From an uncultured delta proteobacterium (GTDB lineage Bacteria; Myxococcota_A; Polyangia; Haliangiales; Haliangiaceae): DNA of 64,000 nucleotides. Positions 60,372 through 64,000 of this stretch are shown here, piece after piece; the first letter of the stretch is position 1, and each line of letters opens with the position of its first letter. Made by a program: the position numbers and the translations under genes. The notes beneath the pieces are model-generated. The model was not told where the DNA came from. It made no database searches and was given only the letters and a program-made list of their open reading frames with translations. The stretch is from NCBI GenBank assembly GCA_963848295.1, contig CAWKDB010000010.1:4352001-4416000 (forward strand). Reading direction: 5' to 3'.

Positions 60372-61074
60372 ATGTCCAGATTCGTCTTTCCCGAGTGGAC
60401 CGAAGACGCTCAAGAAGTGGATCAACCTCTTGGTCCTCGGTGCCCCTGTATACCTCGTGGTGCTCATCGCTTATGGGGTCACGCCTGAAGCGATCCGCAT
60501 CGGCTATCAGCCCGATCAGCCCGTCCCGTACAGCCACGCGCTGCACGCTGGTCAGCTCGGCATCGATTGCCGGTACTGCCACACCACGGTCGAGCGCGCG
60601 GCGAAAGCTGCGCTCCCGCCGGTGGCGACCTGCATGAACTGCCATTCGCAGGTCAAGAAGGACTCGGATGTGTTGATGCCGATCCGCAAGGCGTACGCGG
60701 AGAACGACGACTCGGTTCACTGGACGCGGGTCCACAACCTGCCGGACTACGTCTACTTCAACCACATGGCGCACGTGAACGCGGCGATCGGCTGCGAGAC
60801 CTGCCACGGCCGCATCGATCAGATGACCAAGGTCTACCAAGCCAAGCCGTTGACGATGGGCTGGTGCATCGATTGTCACCGCAACCCGGAGCCCTACCTG
60901 CGCGACCCCAAGAACGTCACGAAGATGGGCTACGACGATCCGACGTCGGAGCCGCATCGCATGCCCGGTGAGGGTCTCGAGATCGCGAAGCGAAATCAGA
61001 TCTTCGAGGTGAACGACGATCCCGCCACTCGAACCCCGCGAGCGCCTCTCAACTGCTCGACCTGTCACCGCTGA
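60372..61074 (+). CDS. actA: Alternative complex III penta-heme cytochrome c subunit (apparent frameshift near 60404)
   Basis: QPVPYSHALHAG; CRYCH, CMNCH, CETCH, CIDCH, CSTCH; LPDYVYFNH. Confidence 0.88.
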
Positions 61075-61084
61075 GGAGCCGAGC

Positions 61085-64000
61085 ATGTCCGAGCACGACC
61101 CCAACGATCACGACCACAGCCACGATGCTCCGCTCCCGGCCGAGCTGCCGCCGACGCCTGTCCACGGCTATTGGAAGTCGCTGGCCGAGCTAGATGGCAA
61201 GGCCGCCTGGCAGCTGCAACCGTCGCGCAAGGAGTTCGCCGACGGCATCGTCGATCGCCCTGCCGATCCGATGTCGCGGCGCAATTTCTTCCACCTCATG
61301 GGCGCGAGCATGGCGCTCGCGGGCGTCGGCGCCTGCAAGCGCTACGAGAAGGAAGACATCGTCCCGCTCGCTCGCCGGCCCGAGGATCAAGTTCCGGGCA
61401 CGACGCTGCAGTACGCCACCGCGTACGAGCTCGCCGGCGTCGGGCACGCGCTCCTCGCGACGTCGTACGAGGGTCGGCCGATTCACCTCGACGGCAACCC
61501 GGAGCACCCGTTCGCCGGCGGTGGCGTCGTTCCCGGCACGAAGCGGCGCGCCGGTGCGCATACATTCGTGCAGGCGTCGATCCTTCACCTCTATGACCCG
61601 GATCGCTCGCAGAACCCGACGAACAACGGCCGCGGCGCTTCGATGGAAGCGTTCCGGACCGAGCTTCCAGCGCTGCGCGACTCGCTGAAGAACGGCGGAG
61701 CGCACGTGCTCGCCGAAGCATCGTCGTCGCCGACGCTGCGCGCGCTCAAGCAGCGGCTGACCTCGCAGTTCCCGGTCCAGTGGCACGAGTACGAGCCGCT
61801 GTCGTGGGACAACGAGCGCACCGGGACCGCGCTCGCCTTCAAGCGGCCGATGCGGCCGATCGCGCGCCTCGACAAGTGCAAGACGATCGTGACGCTCGAC
61901 TGCGACCTGTTCGTCGAGCATCCGGCATCGATGAAGCTACAGCCGCGACTTCGCGCGCAGCCGCCGCATGGACGGCTCGCTCGGCGTCGGCCTGATGAAC
62001 CGGCTGTGGTCGATCGAGGCGACGTTCACGAACACCGGCGCGCTCGCCGACCATCGCTTGCCGCTGCGCGCCGAGTTCGGCCTGCCGTTCGCGATGGCGC
62101 TCGACGCCGAGCTGTCCGGAGGTGCCGCGCCGCCCGCCGAATTCCTCAAAGACGACAAGGTCAGCGCGTACCTCAAGTTGCTCGCGTTCGAGCTCCGAGA
62201 GAGCCACGGCGCGGCGGTCGTCGTCGCGGGTCGGCGTCAGCCGCCCGAGGTCCACGCGCTCGTCGCGAAGATCAACCAGACGATCGGCGCGCCCGGCGCG
62301 ACGCTCGATTACTACGAAGATCCGGATCCGACTCGCGTCTCGCACCTGGAAGCGATCACGCAGCTCGGCAAGGAGATGACCGCCGGTCGCGTCCAGACGC
62401 TGATCATCCTCGGCGGCAACCCGGTGTATGACGCGCCGGCCGACCTGGACTTCGCGGGTGGCCTCGCGAAGGTCGCGACGTCGCTCCATCTGTCCGAGTA
62501 CGACGACGAGACGTCGAAGAAGTGCACGTGGCACGTGCCGAAGGCGCACTTCCTCGAGGCGTGGGGCGATGTCGAGACGTGGGACGGCATGCTCACGGTC
62601 GCGCAGCCCTTGATCGCGCCGCTCTACGGCGGCATCTCGTCCGCCGAGCTGCATCTCGCTGCTGTTCGGTGAAGAGAAAGGCGGCGAGGAGCTCGTAACG
62701 ACGGCTCACCGCGGCCTGCAGCTCTCGGACTTGGACTGGAAGAAGCACGTCCACGACGGCTTCGTCGCAGACAGGAAGCTGGCCACGTCGGTGGTCCAGG
62801 TCGGCCCGCTGCCCACGTTCCGGCCGAACGACAGCCAGCTGTCCGGCTCGAAGCGCGGCCGCAACGAGCTCGAGGTGGTGTTCCACTACTCGAGCGCGAC
62901 GTACGACGGTCGGTTCGCGAACAACGCGTGGCTACAAGAGACCCCTGACTTCCTGACGAAGGTGACGTGGGATAACTACGCGCTCGTGTCGCCCGAGACC
63001 GCGGACACGCTCGGGCTCAAGAACGATACGATGATCACCGTCAAGATCGGCGATCGCTCGGTCGACGTGTGCTGCTACACGATGCCGGGGCAGGCGCGCT
63101 ACTCGATCGGGCTCGTGCTCGGCGGTGGTCGCACCGAAGCCGGTCACGTGGCGACCCACCCGCACAACGTGTCGAGCGCGGCGCCGCCGAAGCGCGTCGT
63201 CGGCTGGGATACCTACAAGGTCCGCACGACCGCGGGCTTCGACATCGCGACCGGTTGCTCGGCGACCGGCGGCGGCGCGCACTACGAGCTCGCCGACGTC
63301 CAGGATCACTGGGACTACCGCCCGGGCCTGATGCCGGACATCGGCCGGGAGGCGATCGCCGAGCGCGCGCCGAAGCTGATCCGCGAAACGACCGCCGCGA
63401 GCCCGAATCTGCCGCTCGCCGAGGACGAGTACTGGAACGACTCCGACCAGGAAGGCAAGCACAAGCTCCGCCACCTGTCGCTGTTCGAGGAGCACGAGTA
63501 CCACGGTCACCGCTGGGGCATGGCGATCGACCTCAACACGTGCACCGGCTGCAACGCGTGCATGGTCGCGTGTCAGTCCGAGAACAACGTCCCGGTCGTC
63601 GGTCGCCAAGAGGTGATCAACAACCGCGAGATGAGCTGGATCCGGATCGATCGCTACTTCCAAGGGGATCGCCGACGATCCGCACGTCGTCCATCAGCCG
63701 CTCGGCTGCCAGCAGTGCGAGAACGCGCCGTGCGAGCAGGTCTGCCCGGTCGGTGCGACCCAGCACTCCGACGAAGGCCTCAACGACATGGCCTACAACC
63801 GCTGCATCGGCACGCGGTACTGCGCGAACAACTGTCCGTACAAGGTGCGGCGATTCAACTTCCTCGACTGGAACAAGGAGTTCCGCGAGGCGCGAGAGAA
63901 GGTCCGCCGGCTGCTGTTCAACCCGGACGTCACGGTGCGCATGCGCGGCGTGATGGAGAAGTGCACGTATCTGCGTGCAGCGGATCCAGAACGCGAAGAT
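61085..64000 (+). CDS. actB: Alternative complex III ActB (molybdopterin-oxidoreductase-like + 4Fe-4S), partial; apparent frameshifts near 61937, 62652, 63670, 63971
   Basis: [92 protein letters not shown]. Confidence 0.9.

Noticed and set aside
60372..64000. actA/actB as pseudogenes
   Set aside because: Only single-base insertions with all motifs intact; most consistent with sequencing error.

Overview
High-GC, densely coding bacterial window. It is most likely from a myxobacterium (Myxococcota, possibly Kofleriaceae/Haliangiales-like), inferred from the Ser/Thr kinases, FHA proteins, sigma54 activator, many lipoproteins and alternative complex III. Core functions: NAD metabolism (nadB; pncB-prs-nadE-nrtR with an NrtR-type operator; pncA), two tandem PilT ATPases, two molybdo-hydroxylase clusters, TamA/TamB, pheA, an L,D-transpeptidase and the start of the actAB operon. 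Single-base frameshifts cluster at 36.2-39.0 kb and 60.4-64 kb and are probably sequencing errors. The most interesting part is a ~6.7 kb block (7074-13768) bounded by an exact 15-bp direct repeat. That repeat is the 3' arm of the terminator of a candidate sigma54-driven small RNA. The block carries a 49-aa double-glycine-leader peptide (core IAEQRICHPC) that the ORF track missed, with its own sigma54 promoter. It also carries a SAM methyltransferase, a His-motif GRDP-like protein and a kinase-STAND-WD40 gene whose sensor half looks foreign. Other observations: two long palindromic intergenic elements, an 81-bp in-frame palindromic insertion with a 10-bp duplication inside the L,D-transpeptidase, and a pervasive leaderless promoter layout. 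All calls come from reading the sequence; no database searches were run.
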